Part shown: positions 31,329 to 38,944 of the stretch, one piece after another
Layout of the letters: each line of letters begins with the position of its first letter
How positions within the stretch are numbered: position 1 is the first letter of the stretch
IMG/VR virus record: IMGVR_UViG_3300038544_000010
Length of the DNA: 45,788 bases
Source: a virus
Strand: one strand, 5' to 3'
Position numbers and translations under genes: made by a program
The notes under the pieces: generated by a model
What the model was told of the DNA's origin: nothing
Database searches by the model: none
The model's input: the letters and a program-made list of their open reading frames with translations, nothing else

Positions 31329-32341
31329 GTTATTCACCTGCTCAAATGTTTCCGGGGGCGTTCGATCCCGATGTAGCTTTTCTAGGCGGGAAGTTTAAAG
31401 ACTCGTCTGCGCCTGGCGTTTATGATGGTTCGCCATTAAGCACAATCCTGTTTAACCAAGAGCAGGCTTTCTGGGATGCTGTCATGATCGCTGGTGGAGA
31501 GACTTACAATAATACAGAGGATGTGCCAGATACGTCTCAGTTATTCAAAGCGCTACAACAAAGTCGCCAAGTCGAACCAAGCAACAATCAATGGAACGGC
31601 TTTTTCGACCCTGCTCACCAATCTCAACTGCCATCACCTGCTGAATATCCAGATCCGGGCGGTACAGCTTACAGCCCTGGTGACGAATGGTCACTTGGTA
31701 ACTTTGCAAGCAGCGGCTCTATTACAAGTAGCAGCACAGGTATTACGTTTACTGTTGGTGCTTATAAGCTATTTACCTACACACCTGAACAACTTGCATT
31801 AATCGACGAGACGAAGGTGCCAGTATATATCGTTGATGAAACTGGTAAGCGTCATTTTCTGACTAATGCCACGAATGGCGTTAACGTAACAAAGCCTGAC
31901 TCAACCACGTTAAAAGTTGAACTCACTAACGCTATTTTTGCTGAACTTGGCATCACTAAGGTTTGGGAATTCTTCGTTACAGATGGTGTTGGATATGTGC
32001 CGAGGCTGAGCCCTGATGCATTAAAAAACACCATATCTTACTCATTATTTAACTCGACAAGTCTTTCTGATAAATTATCATCAAGAGACTTTGACATCGA
32101 ATACACAAATGATTCAGTCTACCCAAGACGAGTATATATAGTATCACTTGAACCGGTAGTTGGCGGACAGGCCGGCGCGTCTCTTCTTGTTGACGGCAAT
32201 AATGTAGGTAAATTTCAATTCGGCGCTGCTGGAAACTTGCAGTGGACATACTCATTTTCCGCCATTGTAAAGCCTGGTGAAAAATATGAACTAGTAAGAG
32301 ACAGTGTTGGTGATAACATTGCTCAGTGGTTTGAGGATTAA
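31325..32341 (+). CDS. Tail fibre protein (338 aa)
   Basis: Lies after the baseplate genes and before a fibre-assembly-like gene. Ser/Thr/Gly-rich middle region. Confidence 0.5.
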   Translation: MSYSPAQMFPGAFDPDVAFLGGKFKDSSAPGVYDGSPLSTILFNQEQAFWDAVMIAGGETYNNTEDVPDTSQLFKALQQSRQVEPSNNQWNGFFDPAHQSQLPSPAEYPDPGGTAYSPGDEWSLGNFASSGSITSSSTGITFTVGAYKLFTYTPEQLALIDETKVPVYIVDETGKRHFLTNATNGVNVTKPDSTTLKVELTNAIFAELGITKVWEFFVTDGVGYVPRLSPDALKNTISYSLFNSTSLSDKLSSRDFDIEYTNDSVYPRRVYIVSLEPVVGGQAGASLLVDGNNVGKFQFGAAGNLQWTYSFSAIVKPGEKYELVRDSVGDNIAQWFED

Positions 32342-32343
32342 TT

Positions 32344-32721
32344 GTGATGGAACTAAAAAAAGAATTACAACTTTTCTACTCTAAAGACGGGTCAAAGTGG
32401 CAATCATCATTGAACGGTTCTCAATGGTCTGACGAAAAATGCGAAGGTTACTTGTACAAGCATTTAACTTGGGATGAGTTTCAGTTGATAGTTAACCCAC
32501 CAAAAACCAACGACGAACTATTTGCAGAAGAAATGGACGAGCTAAACGCAAACTACGACAAAGCAATGTCATTATTAGCGAATGAGTACAACGTTGCTGT
32601 AGCTCGTGATGGTTCAGTTGAGACTGAAAAAGTAGCATCGGTTCGTGCTAAGATAACTGCGCTGGATTCTCAATATGAGACTGACCAGTTGGCTATTATC
32701 AATAAATACTTTGGAGCTTAA
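32344..32721 (+). CDS. Tail fibre assembly protein / chaperone-like
   Basis: About 125 aa, directly after the fibre gene. GTG at 32344 or ATG at 32347. Confidence 0.45.
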   Translation: MMELKKELQLFYSKDGSKWQSSLNGSQWSDEKCEGYLYKHLTWDEFQLIVNPPKTNDELFAEEMDELNANYDKAMSLLANEYNVAVARDGSVETEKVASVRAKITALDSQYETDQLAIINKYFGA

Positions 32722-32723
32722 AA

Positions 32724-32888
32724 ATGGAAGTAATTTACGTTGGTCCAGTTTGCCCGCGATGCTCAAACAACCAGTACACTAAAGTCACTTATGGCTCAAG
32801 TGAATACAAGCGTTGCGTTGAGTGTGGGCGAACATCTTCAATCACTGAAACGGATAATCTGACGCCGTTAGATCCGCAGCCTGAGTAA
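32724..32888 (+). CDS. Zinc-ribbon protein (54 aa)
   Basis: Translated by eye: MEVIYVGPVCPRCSNN...CVECGRTS (CxxC...CxxC). Confidence 0.45.
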   Translation: MEVIYVGPVCPRCSNNQYTKVTYGSSEYKRCVECGRTSSITETDNLTPLDPQPE

Positions 32889-32892
32889 CAAC

Positions 32893-32920
32893 AAAGCCCA
32901 CTTAATTGTGGGCTTTTATT
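32893..32920. terminator. Bidirectional terminator between the late (+) and early (-) regions
   Basis: AAGCCCAC-ttaatt-GTGGGCTTTTATTT. Confidence 0.8.
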
Positions 32921-32922
32921 TA

Positions 32923-33306
32923 CTACCTGATAAACACAATTCCAGCATCATAATAATTCTTTAGCGGTCGAAATGTGTGAACCTCCGGAATCTCATCATC
33001 TTCAGTCCACTGACTTATGCGAGCAAAAGTGTTAATTGAATACTCTGCATTCGGCGGCACAATGAAGTGAATTAAAGTTGAACCATTTACACAGTATTCA
33101 CAAATTCTAGAGTCAGATTCAGCAATTATTTTTTCATACCTATCGCTATATAATGACACGGTAATCAGTTTGAAATTGTCACTATCATTCAAGTATTTGC
33201 AGTCAACAGCCCTGATGCTGGTTACGTTAATCATTTTTTTACACTCCAACCACAAAGAGCACCATTTGCCTGTAGCTAATAATTCGCTATAATAATAACT
33301 CGACAC
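32923..33306 (-). CDS. Hypothetical protein (127 aa; GTG start, start uncertain)
   Basis: ORF-track entry. No motif recognised. Confidence 0.5.
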   Translation of the reverse strand: MSSYYYSELLATGKWCSLWLECKKMINVTSIRAVDCKYLNDSDNFKLITVSLYSDRYEKIIAESDSRICEYCVNGSTLIHFIVPPNAEYSINTFARISQWTEDDEIPEVHTFRPLKNYYDAGIVFIR

Positions 33307-33346
33307 ATCATAGACATTTCTATTTCCTGTTAGTAGTTGGTATTAT

Positions 33347-33373
33347 CCCCAGTTCGCGCTGGGGATTTTTTTT
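33347..33373 (+). terminator. Intrinsic-terminator-like hairpin oriented antisense to the surrounding - strand genes
   Basis: CCCCAG-ttcgcg-CTGGGG followed by aTTTTTTTT on the + strand only. Confidence 0.5.
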
Positions 33374-33374
33374 G

Positions 33375-33581
33375 TTAGTTGGTTGGTGGCTCTGGTAGTG
33401 GCATGTAGTGTGTAACCCTTGGCAAGTCAAAGGTAAATAGATTTCCAGATACTGCAAAGCCATTCTCACCTATTGTTGTAACTTGAAACTCGCAATCTCT
33501 TGAAGGCCTGCTTTCATGCCAAGTTAACCAAGTTCCAACTGGCATGTTTTCGTAGCCATCAACACTAATCCACTCACTCAT
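33375..33581 (-). CDS. Hypothetical protein (68 aa)
   Basis: The ATG at 33581 overlaps the upstream stop (ATGA) and is preceded by GGAAGGTGGA. The ORF is open to 33596. Confidence 0.55.
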   Translation of the reverse strand: MSEWISVDGYENMPVGTWLTWHESRPSRDCEFQVTTIGENGFAVSGNLFTFDLPRVTHYMPLPEPPTN

Positions 33582-33766
33582 ACATCCACCTTCCATTCAT
33601 GATTTTTAACTACCACAGCATCAAACGCCATAGCGCCGCAGCCGTGCTTCTTGTTCATTTGCATAAGAGCATCAAACTTGCTATTTGCTTGCGTATAGCA
33701 ATCCCATTCTTTGTTGTTTTTGCGCATGGTTACTTTCCACGTCTCTTGCTTAAATTCCATAACCAT
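33578..33766 (-). CDS. Hypothetical protein (62 aa)
   Basis: ORF with an AAGAGGA RBS. Confidence 0.55.
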   Translation of the reverse strand: MVMEFKQETWKVTMRKNNKEWDCYTQANSKFDALMQMNKKHGCGAMAFDAVVVKNHEWKVDV

Positions 33767-33789
33767 TCCTCTTTCGTGTTGGTGGTTAG

Positions 33790-33840
33790 AATATAAAACA
33801 GTTTAATTTAGTTGTAAAGAGTAAAATAAAGTATTAGTAT
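33790..33840. promoter_or_regulatory. Divergent promoters with overlapping -35 elements
   Basis: + strand: TTGTAA (33812-33817), 17 nt, TAGTAT (33835-33840). - strand: TTTACA (33818-33813), 17 nt, TATATT (33795-33790). Confidence 0.45.
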
Positions 33841-33861
33841 AAGAAAAAAAGCGAGGTAACT

Positions 33862-34002
33862 ATGAATTGTAACTATCGAAACTGCGGCAAGGAAATCGAG
33901 CTAAAAGAAGGCAAAGGCCGCAACCGTAAATTCTGCGACAATAAATGCAAAAGCATGGAGCAATACTACAGAGGTAAAGACAATGCTAAAAAATCCAGCT
34001 AA
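33862..34002 (+). CDS. Cys-rich small protein (46 aa)
   Basis: Translated by eye: MNCNYRNCGKEIE...RKFCDNKCKSMEQYY. GAGGT RBS. Confidence 0.45.
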   Translation: MNCNYRNCGKEIELKEGKGRNRKFCDNKCKSMEQYYRGKDNAKKSS

Positions 34003-34171
34003 TGCAATATTATTTACTATGATTCACTCAAAGCTTGCTACTGCATACGCGATGAATGCAGTAAACAACTCATGCGACTTAAGTAAAATAAATGAAATGA
34101 GAAGAATGAAGAGCTTCATCGAGCAATGCCCATTAAAGATCAAACGAATAAAAATTGAGGGGTTTGTGTGA
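33983..34171 (+). CDS. Hypothetical protein (62 aa)
   Basis: ORF with an AGAGGT RBS. Confidence 0.5.
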   Translation: MLKNPANAILFTMIHSKLATAYAMNAVNNSCDLSKINEMRRMKSFIEQCPLKIKRIKIEGFV

Positions 34172-34320
34172 TGTTTAAATCAATAATTATATTTTTGGCA
34201 TTGGTAATTACATTCTCTATAGTTGAGCGCTTGAATTTGGATGGCTTAACTGCATTTATACTTGGAGCAATATGGTATGAGTTAATGCTTAGACTTGCAG
34301 ACAGGCTTGGGAAGAAATGA
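34171..34320 (+). CDS. 49-aa two-TM peptide with a basic C-terminus (holin-like features)
   Basis: Translated by eye: MFKSIIIFLALVITFSIVERLNLDGLTAFILGAIWYELMLRLADRLGKK. Coupled at both ends. Confidence 0.4.
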   Translation: MFKSIIIFLALVITFSIVERLNLDGLTAFILGAIWYELMLRLADRLGKK

Positions 34321-34511
34321 TAACCGCAAACTACTACACGCTAGACAGCCAACAGGTAGGCGAAAAGCTTACCTTTTGCACTAACGATTTGGAATTTGCC
34401 ACGCTGCAAGCAATTGCGGTCACTGGCATGGAATTGATCATTCAATCGGATAACTTTTCTCTGATTGGTGATGGTGTAAAACGGATGGTGATTAGTTGTG
34501 ACCCTCTATGA
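34317..34511 (+). CDS. Hypothetical protein (64 aa)
   Basis: ORF with an ATGA overlap at its start. Confidence 0.5.
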   Translation: MITANYYTLDSQQVGEKLTFCTNDLEFATLQAIAVTGMELIIQSDNFSLIGDGVKRMVISCDPL

Positions 34512-34644
34512 ATACAAAACCAAATACGAACCTGACCTAGAAGAGATATGGAATGACTCGGCAAGGTTTCAATACACTAACTACAACGCTTTCGTTAAAG
34601 CCATGTATCGAGCTAGAAAGTTGATTGATGAGGATGAGTTATAA
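34498..34644 (+). CDS. Hypothetical protein (48 aa, GTG start)
   Basis: Translated by eye: VTLYEYKTKYEPDLEEIWNDSARFQYTNYNAFVKAMYRARKLIDEDEL. GGTGA RBS. Confidence 0.35.
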   Translation: MTLYEYKTKYEPDLEEIWNDSARFQYTNYNAFVKAMYRARKLIDEDEL

Positions 34645-34645
34645 G

Positions 34646-34670
34646 AAAGGGGCGTGATGCCCCTTTTGTT
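34646..34670. terminator. Bidirectional intrinsic terminator
   Basis: AAGGGGC-gtgat-GCCCCTTTTGTT. Confidence 0.75.
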
Positions 34671-34891
34671 TATTCTGCGTAACCAAAAATGTCACTTAGC
34701 GAATCGAGAAAACCTAGTGCAATCTCTGTATTAGCCGCACCAAAATACTCAACGCTAAAAATTAGCACAATTAGCGATACAAGCAAAATGCCTGCTCGCT
34801 TAATGCTGAATTTGCCATCAGCAAAAATCCATCCTTTTAGACTTGGCCCAACTGCCGCAATGATTCGCGCAATACCAGTGTACTTGTTCAT
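34670..34891 (-). CDS. Small membrane protein downstream of the endolysin (73 aa; holin or spanin candidate)
   Basis: The ATG at 34891 is preceded by GGGAGAG. Hydrophobic segments IARIIAAVGP and AGILLVSLIVLIFSV. The ORF is open to 35077 but that part overlaps the endolysin gene. Confidence 0.45.
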   Translation of the reverse strand: MNKYTGIARIIAAVGPSLKGWIFADGKFSIKRAGILLVSLIVLIFSVEYFGAANTEIALGFLDSLSDIFGYAE

Positions 34892-34958
34892 AAGACTCTC
34901 CCATAAGCCACAATACAAGCCCAGTTCCAATCTGAGCATGGAAATAGAATGTTTAAGA

Positions 34959-35417
34959 TCATAAAAGTCCCCCGTAGACACTTTCCAAATCGCCAGTGAG
35001 AAGCACGTCAGCGTGTCTATTGGCTCTCTTGGGTGTTTGCCTTGCCCATCGTGAATCAAGCGCTTGGTCGTGCGCACGCTGCCAATCTTGAGCTTCTAAT
35101 GCTGCAATCATGTTTCGGAATTTAAGAAGCCCACTAACGCCCATCTGATACGCCATAGATTTGATGATTGTCTGGCGATTTTCATCAAGCTGCGTATACC
35201 AACGATAGCCAACGAGTAATTTGACAATGCTGCTAACCTCATCATCAAGCATTGCCTTGGCAACCTTCTCGCTAACCGTGAATGTGTAATGTTCTAGCGG
35301 CGCGTTTTTTGACCCCAACTTTGTGCCAATGCCAATTGTTGGGTAATGCTCGGAGCAGTAATAAACTCGCTCTCGATACCCTTCTTCAAATTTCAGTAGA
35401 TCAAATAATTTGCTCAT
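34959..35417 (-). CDS. Endolysin, T4-lysozyme-like (GH24)
   Basis: LLKFEEGYRERVYYCSEHYPTIGIGTKLG matches the E-x8-(D/C)-x5-T catalytic pattern. Confidence 0.85.
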   Translation of the reverse strand: MSKLFDLLKFEEGYRERVYYCSEHYPTIGIGTKLGSKNAPLEHYTFTVSEKVAKAMLDDEVSSIVKLLVGYRWYTQLDENRQTIIKSMAYQMGVSGLLKFRNMIAALEAQDWQRAHDQALDSRWARQTPKRANRHADVLLTGDLESVYGGLL

Positions 35418-35427
35418 CTTTACCTCA

Positions 35428-35455
35428 ATAAATAAACCGCCACTAGGGCGGTGTT
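35428..35455 (-). terminator. Hairpin / partial terminator between the MazG-like and endolysin genes
   Basis: On the - strand: ACCGCC-ctagt-GGCGGTTTATTTATT. Confidence 0.45.
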
Positions 35456-35458
35456 TTG

Positions 35459-35977
35459 TTAATACTTCTTACCACCTTCTTTCTCGCGATTCTCTCGCTT
35501 ATGGTCGGCGCGGTGCTTATTGTATTCGACTTTTTCTAGGATGATTTTCTTAAGGTCGAATTTACCTTTTGAATAACCAATGCACACATTAACCGCATCT
35601 ACTATTTCATCAATCGCATCATCAATAAATCCGTCCTTTTCACATTGATACGCCTGAGATACCGAGTTATGCATATCAGCAATAAGCATAATTGGCGTTG
35701 TATCTGATTTTATCGTTAGCATTTCAGAGAACCCAATAGTGTTGCACTGACTACCAAGCCAATCCAAGCAGCGAATGACAAAGTCAGCCAATTCAACTTG
35801 AAACATTGGATATTGTGGTAAGTGGTCGTCCATTAAGCCTTTTCGATCGCCTTCCATCGCCTCGGATAGCTCGGAATGAAATAGACACACAAATGTGCTA
35901 AATGGTCGAGGCTCATCCCACCAGCCCATTTCTTTGTTTTGCTGGTGGATTTTGTTTTGTAGTTCTACTAAGTTCAT
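35459..35977 (-). CDS. MazG-like nucleoside triphosphate pyrophosphohydrolase
   Basis: ...FHSELSEAMEGDRKG... and ELADFVIRCLDW are typical EExxE/D-type MazG helices. 172 aa. Confidence 0.6.
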   Translation of the reverse strand: MNLVELQNKIHQQNKEMGWWDEPRPFSTFVCLFHSELSEAMEGDRKGLMDDHLPQYPMFQVELADFVIRCLDWLGSQCNTIGFSEMLTIKSDTTPIMLIADMHNSVSQAYQCEKDGFIDDAIDEIVDAVNVCIGYSKGKFDLKKIILEKVEYNKHRADHKRENREKEGGKKY

Positions 35978-35989
35978 CCTATTTCTCCA

Positions 35990-36304
35990 TTATGCCAATG
36001 CTGGCTCTAGTATGTTTTGGTAAATGATGTCTAACTCTAGTTTTTCAGCGTAAGCAAGTTCTGCAAGAGCGCCTTTCGACTTTGAATATCCATCTAGTAA
36101 ATAAATCGCATCAGCGGCACGAATCATTGCAAAGCAAATATCCATGTACTGCGCTTGAGTTAATCCATCTGGCAAGATCGCAGGGTTTAATGCTGTGTGA
36201 CCATTTTCTGTTACGCACTCCGCCGCACTATGAAACGACTCACGATTATAGTTTTCATATCCAGTCATTGGCCCAGCTATATAGACTTTCTTCAAAATTT
36301 CCAT
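35990..36304 (-). CDS. DUF4406 / nucleoside 2-deoxyribosyltransferase-like protein
   Basis: KKVYIAGPMTGYENYNRESF...ALNPA...ADAIYLLDGYSKSKGALAE. First ATG at 36304. The ORF is open to a TTG at 36331. Confidence 0.6.
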   Translation of the reverse strand: MEILKKVYIAGPMTGYENYNRESFHSAAECVTENGHTALNPAILPDGLTQAQYMDICFAMIRAADAIYLLDGYSKSKGALAELAYAEKLELDIIYQNILEPALA

Positions 36305-36362
36305 TCCTACATTGGTTGTGATAATATTCAATTATAAACCAACCATTAAGGAATTGAAACAG

Positions 36363-36668
36363 ATGGTAGAAAAAGATCGTGGTCGCGGCAGACCTAGAAT
36401 TTCAGAAAACAGCTCAGTTAAAAAAGTGGTTCTTAATCAAGAGCATATCGACTACATTGAGTCGCTCGGATTTTCAACGAGCGAATACGTCAGAAAGCTA
36501 GTAAAAGAAAGTGCTGGCAATGAAATGGAACTAGCTAAAGGTCGAGAAAAGCACCAATTACAAATCATCTTCGATAAAGAAGAATCTGATTTCTTGACTG
36601 CAATGCGTCGTGGAAGCAGCGCCTACATTCGAGAACTAATTTACTTGGATATGGAGAAGAACAAATGA
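36363..36668 (+). CDS. Putative DNA-binding protein with two ribbon-helix-helix-like repeats (101 aa)
   Basis: The ATG at 36363 follows AAGGAA. GRGRPR, then the two similar segments EHIDYIESLGFSTSEYVRKLV and EESDFLTAMRRGSSAYIRELI. Confidence 0.4.
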   Translation: MVEKDRGRGRPRISENSSVKKVVLNQEHIDYIESLGFSTSEYVRKLVKESAGNEMELAKGREKHQLQIIFDKEESDFLTAMRRGSSAYIRELIYLDMEKNK

Positions 36669-36802
36669 TCGAAGGTATGATGATAGGCTTTGCGATATTC
36701 CTATGCGTGATTATCGGTGCTGCTATTGCAAGATTACTGATGGGTAGGATGGATTTGTTTAAAGTCGATGACAATAATAGTGATAGCAAAAAGCCCCAGT
36801 AG
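36665..36802 (+). CDS. 45-aa single-TM peptide
   Basis: Translated by eye: MIEGMMIGFAIFLCVIIGAAIARLLMGRMDLFKVDDNNSDSKKPQ. ATGA coupling. Confidence 0.4.
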   Translation: MIEGMMIGFAIFLCVIIGAAIARLLMGRMDLFKVDDNNSDSKKPQ

Positions 36803-36818
36803 TTGGGGTTTTTATTTT
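36790..36818 (+). terminator. Intrinsic terminator of the small + strand island
   Basis: CCCCA-gtagt-TGGGGTTTTTATTTT. Confidence 0.65.
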
Positions 36819-36861
36819 GGTGTTAAAAATGAGGCTTTCACCTACTAGTAATGGTTATTGG

Positions 36862-37002
36862 TTAAGATTCTCGCTCAACCCAATCATCAACCCAACTTTC
36901 AATTGAATCTGTATCTCGCGCACCTTCGTATTCATATCTGAATGCGTGCATTAAATCGTTGATTGCTTCTTTTTGTTCTTCGGTTAATGGTTTCTTGCTC
37001 AT
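36862..37002 (-). CDS. Hypothetical acidic protein (46 aa)
   Basis: Translated by eye: MSKKPLTEEQKEAINDLMHAFRYEYEGARDTDSIESWVDDWVERES. Confidence 0.35.
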   Translation of the reverse strand: MSKKPLTEEQKEAINDLMHAFRYEYEGARDTDSIESWVDDWVERES

Positions 37003-37036
37003 CTTTCTCTACCCCTAAACTTATCTAAGAACTGTT

Positions 37037-37372
37037 TTAAGCTGATAGCCATTTATTTCCATGGCAGTAGCGACAGTCATCCCAACATTTATGAGAAGCT
37101 CCTACAGCCGTCCATGCGCCGCCATGACCGCCGCAATAAGTGCAAGGAACTCTACTTTCTAGCTTTTTAATTTGAAGCTTTAATTTTTCAACTTCACTAT
37201 CACCTTCGACTGGTGCCATGTATTCGCTTTGAACACTTGCGTTTGCTGCAAAATCCTTTGCAATCGCCTCGTTTTGCTCTTCACTTTCCGCGCAAATATC
37301 AATTCCATTATTGAACAATACCTCAGGCCAACTATGAAGCCAGTAAAGTTCATCCTCTGTTAAGTTACTCAT
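37037..37372 (-). CDS. Hypothetical protein with a C-terminal DnaJ-type Cys cluster (111 aa)
   Basis: The ATG at 37372 follows AGGAAAGAGAGAAG. CTYCGGHGG...CWDDCRYCHGNKW. Confidence 0.5.
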   Translation of the reverse strand: MSNLTEDELYWLHSWPEVLFNNGIDICAESEEQNEAIAKDFAANASVQSEYMAPVEGDSEVEKLKLQIKKLESRVPCTYCGGHGGAWTAVGASHKCWDDCRYCHGNKWLSA

Positions 37373-37391
37373 TTCACTTCTCTCTTTCCTG

Positions 37392-37706
37392 CTAACAAAA
37401 AACACTCTCAATCAACGGATTGAGCACCGGCTTAACCATCACCCTTGTTGACGACTTTCGATCGCCTACGCCGCGCAGTATCCACTTGGCAGGATGTCCA
37501 TTTTCAGAAATGTTATCGATACGCCAGCCTCTAGCTCTAAGATGGCTGACAACTGTATCTATGCGACCACTTATGTTTCGCACATTATCCTGAATCATTG
37601 CAGCTGTAATAACATCGCCTTCGTTATTCGCAAAGAACTCTGCAACATCTCGATAGTTACCACCTTTCTTCATGCGGTTTAGTTTTTGTTTGTAGATGTC
37701 TTTCAT
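37392..37706 (-). CDS. Hypothetical protein (104 aa)
   Basis: The ATG at 37706 overlaps the upstream stop (ATGA). The ORF is open to 37772. Confidence 0.5.
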   Translation of the reverse strand: MKDIYKQKLNRMKKGGNYRDVAEFFANNEGDVITAAMIQDNVRNISGRIDTVVSHLRARGWRIDNISENGHPAKWILRGVGDRKSSTRVMVKPVLNPLIESVFC

Positions 37707-37855
37707 AAGGCACCACCGAAAAACTCGTACATTAGCCAGCCGCAAAATGAGCCAATGGCAACTAACCAGCAAAATAGCTCAAGAACTGTCATTTCGTCAC
37801 CAGTTGGTTTGGCGTTCGGGTTGAAGTCGTGACGATCGTATTTGGTGTGGTTCAT
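37703..37855 (-). CDS. 50-aa single-TM peptide
   Basis: Translated by eye: MNHTKYDRHDFNPNAKPTGDEMTVLELFCWLVAIGSFCGWLMYEFFGGAL. Confidence 0.4.
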   Translation of the reverse strand: MNHTKYDRHDFNPNAKPTGDEMTVLELFCWLVAIGSFCGWLMYEFFGGAL

Positions 37856-37925
37856 ATCCTATTCCTATATTGGTTGTTTAAATAAATATTAATACAACCA
37901 TTGTTAGTGTGTCAATGGCTACCAT

Positions 37926-38513
37926 CTAAATGGATCTGCGTTTTTTGTACCATCTTGCACGCTTATTGAATATTTTCTTGATTCTAATCAAATAATCTCG
38001 GTCAAATTTTCTTGTTGAATTGTCTGATTCCAGCATTTCAACGAGCTCAAGGCCGATTCTCTTGATTAGATTAATCCTGTAATCGACAACGTTACCAGAC
38101 TGCCAGCGGTTGCAAGTAACGCACTGGGAGTGAATGTTTAACACGTTAAATCTAAGGTGTGCAGCACTACCTCTAGAGCGGTAATGCCCTGCATCCATAG
38201 AGCCGCCAAACTTATGCACGGTCTTTACCTGGCAGCTAATGCACGGTTTATTTGCATCCCTTGACCTGATGTAAGCATTAACAGCCGATTGAGCTTCCCT
38301 AGTCAGCTCTGGAATTGTTTTTAGTTCCTGCTTGCGCTCTCTCAAATCAATTCTTGCTGCTTTCTCATGCTTAGCCTTGGCTTTTGGTGCGTTCTTTTTT
38401 CCGTAGCTTGTTGCGCATTCAAGATTGCAATACAGGCGGTTTTTTATCATCAACCCGCCATCTAGCCTGTTGTATTTTTTGCAGTTTGGACAGCGTCTTT
38501 TGGCGTTACTCAT
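37926..38513 (-). CDS. ninG: NinG-like protein
   Basis: 195 aa. Cys clusters CPNCKK, CISCQ and QCVTCNRWQSGN, plus DAGHYRSRG, are typical of lambda NinG. Lies next to ninB. Confidence 0.75.
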   Translation of the reverse strand: MSNAKRRCPNCKKYNRLDGGLMIKNRLYCNLECATSYGKKNAPKAKAKHEKAARIDLRERKQELKTIPELTREAQSAVNAYIRSRDANKPCISCQVKTVHKFGGSMDAGHYRSRGSAAHLRFNVLNIHSQCVTCNRWQSGNVVDYRINLIKRIGLELVEMLESDNSTRKFDRDYLIRIKKIFNKRARWYKKRRSI

Positions 38514-38944
38514 CGATTTTGCATCTCCATCAAATCAACATACTCACAATCTTGAGGAATGGTTAGCCTAAATCCTCTCTCTATGCTCCACTGTTCAATT
38601 TTATTTAGATAGTGGTGCATTTCCCCTTTATCTAACCTTTTGGTGCTTCTGATGGCTATAGAGGTCGAATTTGTGCCGAGTCTGACATCAATGCTTGGGC
38701 AAAATTGTAATTTCATGTATTCATGCAAAGTTTCTGCATCGTGTTTTTGCCCTATTCTTTGCTCTAGCTGATTAGAAATCTCATTTAACCACATCCACAT
38801 CAATTGATTTTGATTGAGAGATCTTTTATCCCTCCACTCCTTGATTGAGATCCTATAATCCTTTCCAGACGCAATGAGATTATTAACTAGACCAAGAAAT
38901 GCGAGCGAGGACTCGCCATTTAATTTAAAGTCATCCATTATCAA
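38510..38944 (-). CDS. ninB: NinB-like recombination mediator
   Basis: 144 aa. RSLNQNQLMWMWLNEISNQL is a typical NinB motif. Confidence 0.75.
   Translation of the reverse strand: MIMDDFKLNGESSLAFLGLVNNLIASGKDYRISIKEWRDKRSLNQNQLMWMWLNEISNQLEQRIGQKHDAETLHEYMKLQFCPSIDVRLGTNSTSIAIRSTKRLDKGEMHHYLNKIEQWSIERGFRLTIPQDCEYVDLMEMQNR

Noticed and set aside
17713-32341. Diversity-generating retroelement acting on the fibre-like genes
   Set aside because: There is no reverse transcriptase ORF in the genome. I did not see a template/variable repeat pair by eye, though a dot-plot would be needed to be sure.
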